Positions 13,603-27,290 are shown, counted from the first letter of the whole stretch. The stretch is 63,970 nucleotides of DNA, filler included, from Octopus bimaculoides (GCF_001194135.2; 4 parts of 4 records of this genome joined end to end with filler, not necessarily neighbours in it); one strand, 5' to 3'. The notes: generated by a model not told the origin, from the sequence alone. Numbers and translations: made by a program.

Positions 13603-15808
13603 GGTATGACAGACTTTAACAGATATATATATATATATATATATGCGTATCTATGTTACATAAATATACATACATATATACGTGTATGCGTGTGTGTTTT
13701 GTTTGTATGCGTGTGTGAGTAGCAACAGTAACTGGCCATCTGCTGCAGTATTCGTCCAGTGATAACATCGTTTTTGAACGTGATGCTTTAAAAAATTCTA
13801 TGCAATGGAAGAAAACGAAAATCGCCTCAGTAGCTGGTAACAGGAAAGCCAGCGAGGTTTCAGTTTTCTTAGGCGTTGTCAGTGGTGTATACTCAAACCA
13901 ACCCATTCGCTTAGAGGTGATCTATCTACTCGAATATATGAGAAGTAGTGAAACAAATATTCAAAGTAATGCGATTAGAATCTCGGTTAAATAAAATCCC
14001 TTTACCGCAATAAAAACAGATTTAGATTAACATAGTCATCTGCTTATTGTGCTTAATGTTGATTCACTATTGAAAGGTAATTTATCGAGGTAGTTTTCGA
14101 GAGATAACAAATGATACATGAATATTGGCTTAGTTAGGTTTAGGAATAGTGTGTACTTACATCTAATCATATGTCTAGAAGCAATCGTCACCCATGTCAT
14201 GCAGGTAATAGGAAACATATGGCTTCAGTTGCATTAGGAATTGCTGTTTGGCTGTTTAGCCTTTATATGCATTAGAATCATCATGGAATTAAAATAGCAG
14301 AACTAGAGTCAACAAGGCACAACTCGCTTGGCATGAAAGACATTGCTGTTATGACTTCTCTGTATCTTCCATCAACTCTGGATGCAAAAATTTTACTTTC
14401 TGACGCCTACATCAATGGCTTTAGGAAAGGCTATATGACCATTTCTTCCCTACTTCGCAATGTATTGTGGGTATGTATGATTTCTTTGTTCTTGAAGCTG
14501 AATATGCCTTAGATATATTTGAATAAGTTGTAATTTAACAATATGGTATTAACCATTAGTGGTGATTATTGAAAACCTTACCATCTACCCCCACAAATAC
14601 ATATTGATATGTGTGTCTGCTTCTGAGTATTTATGTGTGCGTTTGTGTGTCCTCTTTAGAGAGCAGCACATTAAATATCAATACCGTGAAAATGAAGTTA
14701 TTGAGCATTTCGGTATAACTATATTCCTGTAGATTTATTTTAAATCTATCATGTGCTCAACTCATCTACCTAGCCATCATTCTGTCCATCTCTGTGTTGA
14801 AACATATATACGTAACGAGATAGATATCCTGCTGTGTAGTTATATAGGTAGAAAACAAGAGCTATATTCACACATTTGGTGATCAATAAGTACGTCTGTT
14901 AATACATCTATACGTACATAGAGACAAATATGGATATACAGTATAATAACAGAAACTGATAATTGCATAGAGATGAATAGCTATAGTTAGTCTCTCTTTC
15001 ATTCACTTTCACTCCATATCCACCTGTTCCTTTCTGTCTTTTTTTCGCTGTCCATTTCTTACTCTTACCATTTCTCTATTTCGCTCTCTTTTTCAGCAAG
15101 CTAAACGGCTGGAATCGGGACACTATTGTACATATTTGATGTTTGACAATTCAATCACTATTAACAATAGCGAGTCAATAAAATGTCGCCATCTTTTGTA
15201 TTTCGCTTTGGTGGAGTAGACAGCAGGGCTACGTGGTGTATTTTTCGAATAATATAACAAACAGGCTGGACAATAAGATGGTGCAAGTATCTTAGATCTG
15301 TTTCGTGATATTATTAATCAGTGAAAGTTGCAATGAAAATGAATATACAATATATTATATTAATTTTACATTTTGAATAGCACTTTCATGTGTAATATTA
15401 ACACGAATGCTGAAGAGAGGCAACATAACCTTAAAATGACGTAGCTTTTTAATAAACTGTTGGCATTATAAAACAAAAACATCTTTTAGCATGTAGTTTT
15501 ACTGAGGATCTACAGCGTGTTATAATATGATTTTGCTTTTGACTACCAAATATTTTCCCAATACATGTTGCGAATTTAGATAAAATTATACTTTGTTTAA
15601 ATTGGAATTTATTTAATTTGGTATTTATTTAATTTGGCATTTATTAATTTGCTATACTAATGTGCCATTTGGTTCTAGAATTAAGGTTATTCCAATTATT
15701 CCAATGAGAAAGATGATTAAGTAATGTTTGCCTTATAGACCAAACAGTAAACTGGAAGTAATATATCAATGCTATAGGCCGTAGGAGTACTCTATAATTA
15801 CCGAACAA

Positions 15809-17760
15809 CACTGGGCAGCAAAAAAAGATTTATTGTATGCTACCAAGAGAAATAGAGCTGTACTAAACTAAATCAAGTACGCTGATTTCGAATCTGGGCT
15901 CAGAATTGCTGTAGCACGTCTGGATGTTGAGTTATGTGCATAATTATATATTAATGCTATATTAGAATCAGGAATAGTTAAGTTCAAGATAAAACATTAT
16001 TATAATAGTATATTAGTACTGTATATAGTAAATTTATGTTCAAGGCAAATAGTATTATAATATAATGATATATAGCATATTTATGTTATGGGAATGCTCA
16101 TTTTATTTTTGGTATGCTCAACTCAGAAATGTTTGAGACACTTGCTCTTGCGCTTTTGCATCGTGCTGGCCTCCCGTTGTAGGAACCAGCAGCAGTCACC
16201 CATCATGTGTGGATTGAACTGGCTTTGATACCTCGTTTCCATCTCAGATATGTCCTGGTGGAACCTCAGCTCATGCTCGTCATTAAGGGCACCAAGATTC
16301 GTTGAAAAAGATCGAGAGGATAATGCAAGAAGTGCATTTTAAGGGACATTCGGCATCCTATTCTTTTATTCGCTGTTAGCATGTTGTTTATTAAACCAGC
16401 ATAGTTTTCAAATCTATTATTTCCCATAGCGTTCTGTACAACTAACATGAATGAATCCCATGCCGTGAACTCAACTGGTTTCGGTTTACCTCAGTTTTCC
16501 GTCACTTTTCTCTGAACGGAATTTTAATTTTAGGTGCTGGAAGCCACCACAACTCTCGTCTGTCATTGCTTTTACGAAGTTTTCATGAGGCCGAATTTGA
16601 TGTGAAGGGGAGGAAGGAAGCTCTTTCATGGGTCTACCAGTGCCATATGCTGCACATTGTACCGACCAACTATGCGCTCATCCCTTTTTGGCCAGTATTT
16701 TACATTGTAATAATTGTGACGTCACGGATGTTCCAAACACACAAGAAGCACATAATTTTTGTATATCCCAGCTGCAGTCCTAGGAGGGAAAATCACCTTT
16801 AAAACACCACAAATATTCCACTTGTGAACTGATTAATTAACTCATTTCAGTAAGTGTTTCATCGATTCATAAGTTTCTTCCATGGCGACAATATGACCCA
16901 GAGGAATGGAAGGTTTTTCATTACAATTATATGACAACACAGCTTTAAGGCTAATCTTATTCGAGTCTATAAACAATTTCCTTTCGTTAGTTACATGCAC
17001 GTGTCTTAGTTTTTGTATGAGTGCATTAACATCATACAGAAACAAGCATTATTTTCTTGTTTGAAAAAGACAGATGTGCCTTTATGGCAAGAACAGAAGA
17101 TAGAAATTTTCGGACTTTGCTGTAGGAGATTCTGTTGTAGTTTGGATCCCAAAACTTCTGCCTCCTCCTTTGAAAATGCTAGGTCTCTTACTAAATCGTT
17201 CAGATCTTGTTTAAACTAGCCTGGCTCATTATTCTTGGAATCACCTAAGTACTCTTCGTTGACAGGGGTTTATCAAGCAACGTGTCAAGATTTTCGAGTG
17301 AATCATGCGAGAGGGGAACTGGGACAGTGTTCTCGAAGTCATGTGGCCCCGGTTTTAGAGTCAATTTAAAATCTCCATGCACAATTTTTACTTTGGTCTT
17401 CTTTGGAAAAACCACTAATATTAGTCATGCAAAACTAACAATCAGATACATGACTAGTTGGCTCACGCCATACCATTGGTGCAGCATAAGGCATTCCGTT
17501 CCGTTTTCCATTCAGCGACTGTGTAAGCCCTGAGAAACACATAGTGCAGCATATATGAGGTGCCCACCTTTTGTCTTGGTCCACAACTTTAGGCCCGGAA
17601 TAATATTTATAGGCAACTTTTAATTCGGTGACAATGTTCCTCCGCCTGTCACCCGGAGCAAATTTTCCACAGACATAACAAATGTTGTCTGGATGATCCA
17701 CACAGTCTCTCTTATTCATCATCTAACACAATGAACACAGTTAAAACAGTAATCCTGCAG

Positions 17761-17803
<43 letters not shown>

Positions 17804-18876
17804 NNNNNNNNNNNNNNNNNNNNNNNNNNNNNNNNNNNNNNNNNNNNNNNNNNNNNNNNNNNNNNNNNNNNNNNNNNNNNNNNNNNNNNNNNNNNNNNNN
17901 NNNNNNNNNNNNNNNNNNNNNNNNNNNNNNNNNNNNNNNNNNNNNNNNNNNNNNNNNNNNNNNNNNNNNNNNNNNNNNNNNNNNNNNNNNNNNNNNNNNN
18001 NNNNNNNNNNNNNNNNNNNNNNNNNNNNNNNNNNNNNNNNNNNNNNNNNNNNNNNNNNNNNNNNNNNNNNNNNNNNNNNNNNNNNNNNNNNNNNNNNNNN
18101 NNNNNNNNNNNNNNNNNNNNNNNNNNNNNNNNNNNNNNNNNNNNNNNNNNNNNNNNNNNNNNNNNNNNNNNNNNNNNNNNNNNNNNNNNNNNNNNNNNNN
18201 NNNNNNNNNNNNNNNNNNNNNNNNNNNNNNNNNNNNNNNNNNNNNNNNNNNNNNNNNNNNNNNNNNNNNNNNNNNNNNNNNNNNNNNNNNNNNNNNNNNN
18301 NNNNNNNNNNNNNNNNNNNNNNNNNNNNNNNNNNNNNNNNNNNNNNNNNNNNNNNNNNNNNNNNNNNNNNNNNNNNNNNNNNNNNNNNNNNNNNNNNNNN
18401 NNNNNNNNNNNNNNNNNNNNNNNNNNNNNNNNNNNNNNNNNNNNNNNNNNNNNNNNNNNNNNNNNNNNNNNNNNNNNNNNNNNNNNNNNNNNNNNNTATA
18501 TATATGTATATATATATATATATACCACGAGTGATGGCAGCGCAAACGACACTAAGAGTTACCAAGAACGAACTGACGTATTTTGAAGTGCATACAATAC
18601 GTCAGCGCCATCTATTGCTAAACTAAACAATGAACTTTCTCATCGTCTGTTTCATTGCTGTTATATCTTTAATTTTGTACTAAAACCGCTTTCATTAAAG
18701 CAAATTTTATAATACGGCCTATATCTAGCCAAAAGTATAGTATTATCTTGCGCATGCGCATAAATCAAAATCCTGACGTGCTACAACAATTCTGAGTGCA
18801 GATCCAGAATCAGCATCCGATATTTAGTCCAAAACATCTGATTTTACCCCATGAATAAAATCTTTGTTGTCCATTG
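15809..18876 (-). mobile_element. CMC-superfamily (Chapaev-3-like) DNA transposon with long imperfect TIRs
   Basis: Left end CACTGGGCAGCAAAAAAAGATTT..CTCAGAATTGCTGTAGCACGTCTGGATGTTGAGTTATGTGCAT versus right-end reverse complement CAATGGACAACAAAGATTT..CTCAGAATTGTTGTAGCACGTCAGGATTTTGATTTATGCGCAT, about 130 bp. A transposase pseudogene lies between them. The superfamily name comes from my recollection of the motifs. Confidence 0.75.
16130..17722 (-). pseudogene. Chapaev-3-like transposase pseudogene
   Basis: N-terminal Cys/His region (DHPDNICYVCG..WAPHICCTMC..PMVWREPTSHVSDC), LFIDSNKISLKAVL..PSIPLGH..ETYESMKHLL, GCRMSLKMHFLH and NLGALNDEHELRFHQDISEMETRYQ..MMGDCCWFLQRE. Multiple frameshifts and stops. 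Confidence 0.85.
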
Positions 18877-19419
18877 CCATCGATTCATTTATACATTTCG
18901 GTTCCACTCATCCGTCGGTCATGATATATAAATGATATCACAATATTGCATTACCTCGTGTCATTGCGGTATTGTTTAATTTCTTTTAAAATCACCTCTC
19001 CTATGAAATGTTTATCTAAATCTGTCTCTTTTGTGATATATTTACCTGAAACTGTCTCTTCTGTGAAATATTTATGAAAAACTCTCTTCTGCGAAATATT
19101 TATGTATTTACTAACCACTCCTAAGTCCACTCATTACACATTTAGTTCCTTTCGATATCAAATCAACCTCCGCATCTTCACGATGATTAATTTCTCAATG
19201 TTTCATCATTAAATTATAGCAATTAAAAATTATTTACGTGATCGTTGTTTCTCAACAACATGAAGTTATCATATTGGACAAAAACTGCATTAATCTCACC
19301 ATCCATCGAGAAACTAAAATTGTCATGCTCTCCGATGCTATTACTCTGATTTACCGGTAAAACATCACTAACTCAATTTTACTTCAGATGTATTTGTTGC
19401 ATAAGAAGTGACCTGATCT

Positions 19420-19570
19420 GTAATGCTTGTTCACGCTACACCTAGAACCGAATTAAATAGGGCATTTAAGAAAATCTTGCGCACAACAGGCCTTAAGATC
19501 AAAGTTGTAGAAAAGACAGCTGGGACTGTCAAATCTCTATTAAGTAAATCATACCCATTTGGTAGAATCA
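19420..19570 (+). mobile_element. Penelope-like element fragment (post-RT linker)
   Basis: LVHATPRTELNRAFKKILRTTGLKIKVVEKTAGTVKSLLSKSYPF resembles the FVP.TP.SEL....KIKVVE.AG..LK.LL.KS.PF segment of PLE ORFs. Confidence 0.55.
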
Positions 19571-20218
19571 CGATTTACATTCTTAGATGCATCACGGAAT
19601 TTTGTCAGTGAAAATGTTGCGGTTTCAAGTGACGAAAATATTTTGGCAAATTAAATTAAAATGTTGAAGTGAATCTAACGGTTTTTGTGTGCTTTTGAAT
19701 GGTTTGTAAACACCTTCCATGTTGCAATTGTTTTCGTTTCAGCACACGATCTCAGATCAGGTCACTTCTTATACAACAAATACATCTCCGATATATATAT
19801 ATATATATATATATATANNNNNNNNNNNNNNNNNNNNNNNNNNNNNNNNNNNNNNNNNNNNNNNNNNNNNNNNNNNNNNNNNNNNNNNNNNNNNNNNNNN
19901 NNNNNNNNNNNNNNNNNNNNNNNNNNNNNNNNNNNNNNNNNNNNNNNNNNNNNNNNNNNNNNNNNNNNNNNNNNNNNNNNNNNNNNNNNNNNNNNNNNNN
20001 NNNNNNNNNNNNNNNNNNNNNNNNNNNNNNNNNNNNNNNNNNNNNNNNNNNNNNNNNNNNNNNNNNNNNNNNNNNNNNNNNNNNNNNNNNNNNNNNNNNN
20101 TATATGTATATATACATACATATATATACGCATATGTACATATATATATATGTATATATATATGTATGTATGTATGTATGTTTCATTTTATTTTCATTTT
20201 ATTTCTATTTATCTAGTT

Positions 20219-20373
20219 TCAGCTCATGAGCTGTGGCCATGCTGGTGCACCGCCATTTGGTGTTGCTACACAATTTTTCTTCACGAATTTTACTTCAGGA
20301 ATTGACATTTGGTGCATGAGAGAGTTTGATGCAGCTGCTCTCATCTGCGCCTCCTGCCGTGAAGTTGGTTCAT
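20219..20373 (-). CDS. Candidate terminal coding exon of an unidentified gene
   Basis: Acceptor catatag|AT, then an open frame EPTSRQEAQMRAAASNSLMHQMSIPEVKFVKKNCVATPNGGAPAWPQLMS* that is GC-rich relative to its flanks. AATAAA hexamers lie ~15-30 nt after the stop. No homology recognised. Confidence 0.4.
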
Positions 20374-23300
20374 CTATATGTATGTGTGTATGTATAAATA
20401 ACAATAATAGATCACTGTATTATAGACAGATTTCATGCAGTTTTTTGTACGGTCTTTAGATTATGTTCATACAATGCCAGTAAATTTAATAACATTTACT
20501 TGATTTCGTTTCGCTATTTAATTTGATTTACTAATAACACGTGGACTCTAGTCTGGGCTTTAAAGCAGAGTGAGATTAGAATTTACGAGAGCATATGGTA
20601 TTTGTAGTTTTTCTTGTATAAATGATGAAACTAATACGACTGATATTACAATTTTGGTGCTCTAGAGAAACCATGAACAGAGAAAATATTTGTGGTTAAA
20701 TGGAAACTATTGAGGATTTGTTTAGAGGGGAAAATAGGGTGGATTTAATGTAATAGTGTAGATGAGAGGAGGTAATATTCCTGCAACGAACGGCCTTGTA
20801 TTAGAGTTACATGTTGGGATTCATAGTTAGGAGCAGATATATTTAATGAAATGTCCTATGTATTACAGTGCCTTGAATTTATATATCACAATCGAAAAAA
20901 ATGATGATTTGAACTCATAAATACAAATGTAATAAACTACAGGTCACACTTTCCTGGTTTACATCATGGTTTATTACATATAGTCCTATATCATGCGGAA
21001 AGAGCAAGTAGCGTTTTGTTACAAACCTCATTTTGTGTGTACAATTGTCACATCGGTATTATAAAAAAAAATGCAGCTAAAGATTTATTTTAAACACGCT
21101 GTAACCCATCACTAAAGATAGAGTTACAAAGAATTCATTGATTTTCGTCAATAAACACGAAATATTTTGGCCATTTTATGCACAAAAAATTAATAGAGGA
21201 ACGTTCGGAAGAACAATTGCTGAACATTACGAGGAACGTGTCATATAAGAACCACATGTTCAGTGACATAAGAACAGTGACATTATTACTAATATCTTAT
21301 TGGATAGTCATATTGTAATGGTTATTGACAGATAAGAAAACTAAGCTGAATGAAAAGAACTATCTCTTATGTTATACGCATTGTAGATTCAATTTATACA
21401 AACATCTGAGTGATATAGATTTGCAGAGCAAGACATCGACATTTAATACCACGATAAAATACAATGTAATTATTCGTTTCTTATTCTTCAGTAGATAAAG
21501 TGTAAATAGGAATAGTATAGTGTGAGGTTTATCATTTTCTATATTGTATTCTTCAAATAAATACTGTGGGTTGGCAGATGTCATAGAGTGTCGGAAAACA
21601 ATGTTTACAGTATTGAGTATGGTATTTTTACGTTATGAATACCACACCAATCCTGCCAAGGGTTCATCAAAGTACCAGTCAAAGCCTGTGGATTTATAAT
21701 CGAGTGTCGTGTCCATTTAACAGATATTTGTGATCCAGCCTGAAGATAGAAAATATTGATGAAATTGAGGATATTGAGATAGGTTTCATCTTTAGCACAT
21801 TGAAATACACATCTTTATTCCATTTTAATAAATTTATATTTTATTAGATAACTCGCATAAGTTTGGCTATGGGGAGTTCCATGTCATTGCAAGGAATATT
21901 AACAGTAGTAATTGCAAAAGTAAAGTTACAACTAAAGCGTGATAAACTTTTCTCGCTAGAAACCATTTAGATTTCTACTTTTCGCACATAGACACTAAAA
22001 GAAGTATTATTGGATTGTTATAATCCATGGAATCTTACATATAAAGTAATGAATTACTGACAAATGGTTTACAGACAACATTGACATTGAAGGATGTGTT
22101 TCAATATTATAAGTCATTTTGCTGATAATCTTTGCTATACACCTAAAGTCATATATTAAACAAAAAGAAAAAAGGTAGTTAATACACAATGAAAACGTCT
22201 GCCATACTGGATCTTTTATATCACAATAATTTTGAGAAATGTGCATATAATGCTGTAATTTCCAAAGACTTTCACAGCATACGCCAAATAGGATTCCTCG
22301 AATCTGATATGCTTACACCTAGTTAATTTACAGCCATAGGTTCTGTAGGTTCTACGATATAATTTTCAGACGACCTACTCCATGAGAATAGGAATGAGCG
22401 TAGTGGATAATGTGTGTGCGTGCTGAGTAATGAACACGATGTGTATAACAAATGGAAGCGATATAAATAAACGCGTGAAATCTGAGAGGTTGTGACGCGT
22501 GACCACTTATCTCCGAAGATCTGAAGAAACGGTAGTAGCGATTGAAAAAGCAAAGAGTGTTGACCATCATCGTATATTTCCTATCAATTTCTTCCCATGC
22601 TTTCTTGAAGCCAGTACTCTATTATGCATCACATCTGAAGCTTGTAGGGTGTCAAGTATTCTTGACAATTAACGTATTCACATTGTCTGACGACAATGAC
22701 AACTATTCTCTAATCATATGTCCTTGAGGTTATGTTGAAAATGGCAAATCGAATAGAAAGAACATCCGTGTTTGTTAGGCCTGGCAGTTGCAGCCTATTC
22801 AGGAATCGTTTAGCTATAGATTTATATTCAATAGTGTGGTAAATATTTCTCAGATTCCATGCTGATAGTATTATTGAGTGTTATTGAGCTTCTGCTACTT
22901 GACGCTATAGAGAAAAAATATTAAGTCATGATGGGAGATGGGATCACCAATTTAGAAGTAATACTTGCCGCAATAGACTGCAATATGTCGTTGGCTTAAA
23001 GAGGAAGATTATGGAGATGAAACCAAATCCTGCAGTACACTAGAGGTTGGAGAGTTAATATGAGATTTGACTGTATCAGAATATGATACAATTTCTTGAT
23101 CTCGAAGAAAACGTTGCTCCAGGGAACCAGAAATGACTCGAAGCAATAAACAAAGTATTTTCTCCGCGAATTGTCCATCTTATAAACAGTTGACAGACTT
23201 GTTTATGTTAAGGTAAACAACATTTTCCTCTAAGCTCCTCCAAGGCTATAGCCCTCCTTTCCACGCGTGACTAACTTAAAATTTAAGGTTTCCATTAGAC

Positions 23301-23477
23301 CTACCACAACGAATATCGTGACTTTAGTCATGAAGAAGATGGTTTAAAGATAATGACGATTCTCGTTTCCAAATGGTGGCACTAACATCTTTGAAATTTT
23401 CTGAATTAATTCAATATGACAAGTTATATTGTACCTGCATTTAGAACAGATTAAATGATATACTGTCGCCAGATATA

Positions 23478-23577
23478 NNNNNNNNNNNNNNNNNNNNNNN
23501 NNNNNNNNNNNNNNNNNNNNNTTAATTAATTAANNNNNNNNNNNNNNNNNNNNNNNNNNNNNNNNNNNNNNNNNNNN
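23478..23577. other. Artificial 100-bp scaffold-joining spacer (N44-TTAATTAATTAA-N44)
   Basis: Same geometry at three places. The palindromic 12-mer puts TAA stops in all six frames. Confidence 0.92.
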
Positions 23578-23889
23578 ATATATATATTGACTGTTGATTA
23601 ACAGCCCAGTCAAGATGGTATTTTCTGCATCTCCTACTCTTGTATTTGCACACATCTCCAAAATGACTTTCTGAAATGAACTTCCATTATGCAGCTGAGG
23701 AGTACATTTACATTGCACATCTTATGTGGTGTTCTCACTACATAAATAAATGAAGTTTGTACGAAATGTACGTACTGCTATAACCTAATGCATTTCTGTT
23801 GCTTTTCTTCAAATTATATATATATAGATCCAATAGAGATAGAATCAACAAAAAAACGTACTCATCCAGTGAGAAATAAATATCAATTT

Positions 23890-26800
23890 AATACACAATC
23901 AAAAGAGCTACTAATAGTTTCATGCGTCTATGATACTTTAGACAGGATAGCAGGGACCTTTGGAACAGTGCAGTTATGTCCAGTTTGGGGGTTAGTATAG
24001 CTTTTGATGCTAAAGTTTGGTGTTAACCCTTTCAGTATCTTCTATATGTATATCACTGCATACTTCTCCTGTTTTCACTCAATGAGTAAAGTTGTAGCTC
24101 TTTCAGTATCTCCCAGTAGCTCAACTGTTTCATTGTTGCAATTTTCCTGGTGTAGCACTGCTGAACTGCCTCAAGTTCCACTATCAATTTGACACAGTGG
24201 AGTGACCAAAGTTGAAAGCAGTAGTCTAAATGGCTGAGTACAAATGTCTTCCATAGAACCAGCATAGTTTCCTGGTCCCTTGTTCTGAAAGTTCTCAGAA
24301 TTCCTCTGGCCATTCATTTGCACGTTGGTGATATATACATGAAATGGGGTATTGTTGCTCATACATATCCTCAGATCACACACTGTACTTGTCTCTAGGA
24401 TTGCTGCTCCTCTTCATCCGAAGTATTGTTGTTGCAGCATTTGAGCACTAACTAGCTGATAGTAGAGGGCTGAGAATTTACTTGCATTAAATTGCATGTT
24501 GTTTTCTTCAGCCTACTTGTATATAGCATCTAGATCTTTCTGTAGTAGATTAGCATCAGAAGGTTCCTTGGTTGCTTATACTACTTTTGTATCATCAATG
24601 CAGCTAGTCTGATGGCATGTCTGAGAGAGCCAACATAAATAGCAATGGCCCCAAGACATTCCCTGAAGCACTCCACTGTCTCTATTTCTGTCTCCTTGGA
24701 GATGGTTCCATCTTTTAAGCAGTCACATAACCACTCTCTCAGTTTTCCAATTATTCTGAGTCTCTTTAACTTGCGACATAACCCATGACTGACCTTATCA
24801 AAGGCCTTGGCAAAGTCAAGATATATCATATACATGTTTGAGCGATTCGTTAATTGTTTCAACACCCAATCATAGTGTTGCAAAAGCTACGCAAAGCAGC
24901 TTCTTCTTAAGTGGAAATCATGCTGGGTGTCAGGGAGCAAGTCAATATCTTTGAGGAGTGCAGTTTCCTCTTGACATGTGAGGTTAGAAAGATAGGTCTA
25001 CAATTTTTAGCATCTGCTCTGTTACCTCCCCTATGGACAAGAGATATGCATTCCTTTTTGGGAAGCCTTCCAGTTGTGAGGAAGCTCTGGAAAAGGATTT
25101 TCAGTGGTCTTACTAGAGCCCCTTTGCATTTGTTTAGAAGGATTGCTGAGAATCTAACAGGGCTTGTGGCTGAGTTTGAGCTCATTATATTGATGGTTGA
25201 TATTACATCTGTTCCTTCTATTTCAATGCTATCAATAATTGCCATTTCTTTGTGTAGAGCTGTGGTACCAAAGAACTCATCTGGCATAGCTATTTTGCAA
25301 GTGTCCCAATGGAGTTGTGTAAACATTCCTGTATTGCACATTCAGTATTTCATTTATCCTCTGGGTTTCTACAGTTGGTGAGCTATTTTCCTCAAGCAGT
25401 GGCCCTGACTTGTACCAAACTGGAACAGACTCTTTTGTATATCTATAGAAGGCTTCAGGTTCTCTCTTTATATTTTTGACAGTCCTGGCTTCTTTCTTTG
25501 CCCTTTGCTTTTCTTCATTTTCGACCTAAAACAATGTTTGTTTGAGACAGGATCGTTTGTTATCCTTTAGTGACCCATTTAGACAGTTTGAAAGTTTTGC
25601 TTGTCACCTCATTAGAACACTCTTATTCCTGAGAATTATATTTTTCTGTTGGTTTGGCATTCTTGTTGGAGCAAACTTACTGCATATGTCATAAAGTGCT
25701 GTAGCTTTATGTCAATATCCTGCATAGAGAGACTGGTGGACCAGTTTTGTTCTATGACCTCTTCCTCAATACCCTTCCAGTCAGCTTTATGAAAGTTTAG
25801 GCTGAAGAGGAATTGGGTGCTTCTAGTAGCCTGCATGTCCGCAGTTTTCTGGAAACCATACATTGTTAGTACTATTAAATTATGATCTGCGAGATCATCA
25901 GTGTCTTCTTAACATTATGGATGAATGCCACATTATTTTTGAAGCAGAGGTCCAGGACGTTTTTACCCCTTCTGGATGGAGCACTATTTGCTCCATAAAG
26001 AGTGTGTTTATGAGGTCAAGCAGAAATACTGCTTGCCTGTGTTCATGCAGTGACATACCTCAGAGAAGGTGACCCTCAAGCTATTTGACATTAGGGAGGT
26101 AAGTTTCCTAAAAGAAGTGTATGAAGGCCATCATGAACTTTGGTTAACAATTCTTTCAACCTTTTGAGGCTCCATGATTTGGAGCATCTGGTGGATGATA
26201 AATGGTACATGTCATTTTCATCTGTTTAATGTGTGTTGCCAGAGTGTCACAGATTGAGTTTGAGTGTGACAGCAGGACTACAGATGTGACATTTTTCTAG
26301 ATGTATGCTGCAACCTCACCATGAGTCCTTTCCCTTCTGTCGGTTCAAAATACAACATACTTTATTATGTGTATCTCAGCATCTGATGTGTCAGCGTTCA
26401 AATGTGTTTCTGTCAGTGTCATGCATATTGAATACATTTACTCAGGTATTGTGTTTTGCATTGGTAGGACGTTATGAAGCCCTTGATATTCAACTAGAAT
26501 ACTGGTGTAACATATAGGGTGTCAGTAGTGGCTACTAGTCTGACATGTAAAGATGTTGGAAGTGGACATCCTGGATCTTTTGTTGTTTGAGCTGGTCTTT
26601 GGTGGTTGTACATGTTTCTCAAACTCAATGTCTGATGGATCTAGGTCAACTGCTTTACAACCCTCTGTGACATTTTCTAAAAAGCCTGTTGTTCAGCAGC
26701 TGCTGTCCACACAAAATCCACATTTTGTTTCCTCTTAGGAGCAGTTCATGCACCATCCATATCTTTCCATGGTGGAGGTATCATATTTTGTGACCAGGTC

Positions 26801-27290
26801 TTGTGTTCTTGGAGACAGTGAAACAAGTACCACTCACATGCAATTTGGGATTGGCAAGTCTACAGCCTGTCCTAATGTCTCCATGCCAGCAGGTACCCTT
26901 TGCAAACAACTTGCAGACTGGTTGGGCTTACTTTTTTTCAGAATCTTTCTCTTTGCAATGTCTATTTCTTTTTCCTTCTGTTTCTGCACCCACATTCATT
27001 CTCAGCTTCCCTGCTTTTGTGTTCATCTTCGGCTTCTTTTGTTTCTCCTGCTTGACCTTTGCTTTGTTGCAGTTGATCCTCCTTGGGTTCACAGTCGTCC
27101 ACAGTGATAATATCTGTTTTATTTTGTTCCTTTCTAACAAGCATCACCCTGACCCATCTCAGATTCCATTGAGTCACTGGTTTCTTTTTCGCCTTGTGCT
27201 TTCATCTCCTCTTTCAGTATATTAACTAGTAGCTCCATCTGTGGTTTAATCAGGGCAAATGAATTAATCTATTTGTTCCTTTTCCTTTAA
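23890..27290 (-). mobile_element. CR1/L2-group LINE, near full length, degraded (ORF1 CCCH finger, APE, RT)
   Basis: ORF1-like PVCKLFAKGTCWHGDIRTGCRLANPKL at ~26850-26930. ORF2: FSLNFHKADWKG, NCRPIFLTSHV, IYLDFAKAFDKVSHG, and C-terminal ILRTFRTRDQETMLVLWKTFVLSHLDYCFQLWS..LEAVQ..YSL. Many frameshifts; the 5' boundary is approximate. Confidence 0.88.

Noticed and set aside
13616-13994. Overlapping opposite-strand ORFs (96 aa minus, ~90 codons plus)
   Set aside because: No recognisable motif or convincing splice sites; the minus ORF ends in microsatellite.
19020-19110. Degenerate ~27-bp tandem repeat (tctcttctgtgaaatattta)
   Set aside because: An ordinary decayed minisatellite with no associated structure.
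23522-23533. TTAATTAATTAA as a regulatory or homeodomain site or piggyBac target
   Set aside because: It is embedded in symmetric 44-N flanks three times, so it is a linker artefact.
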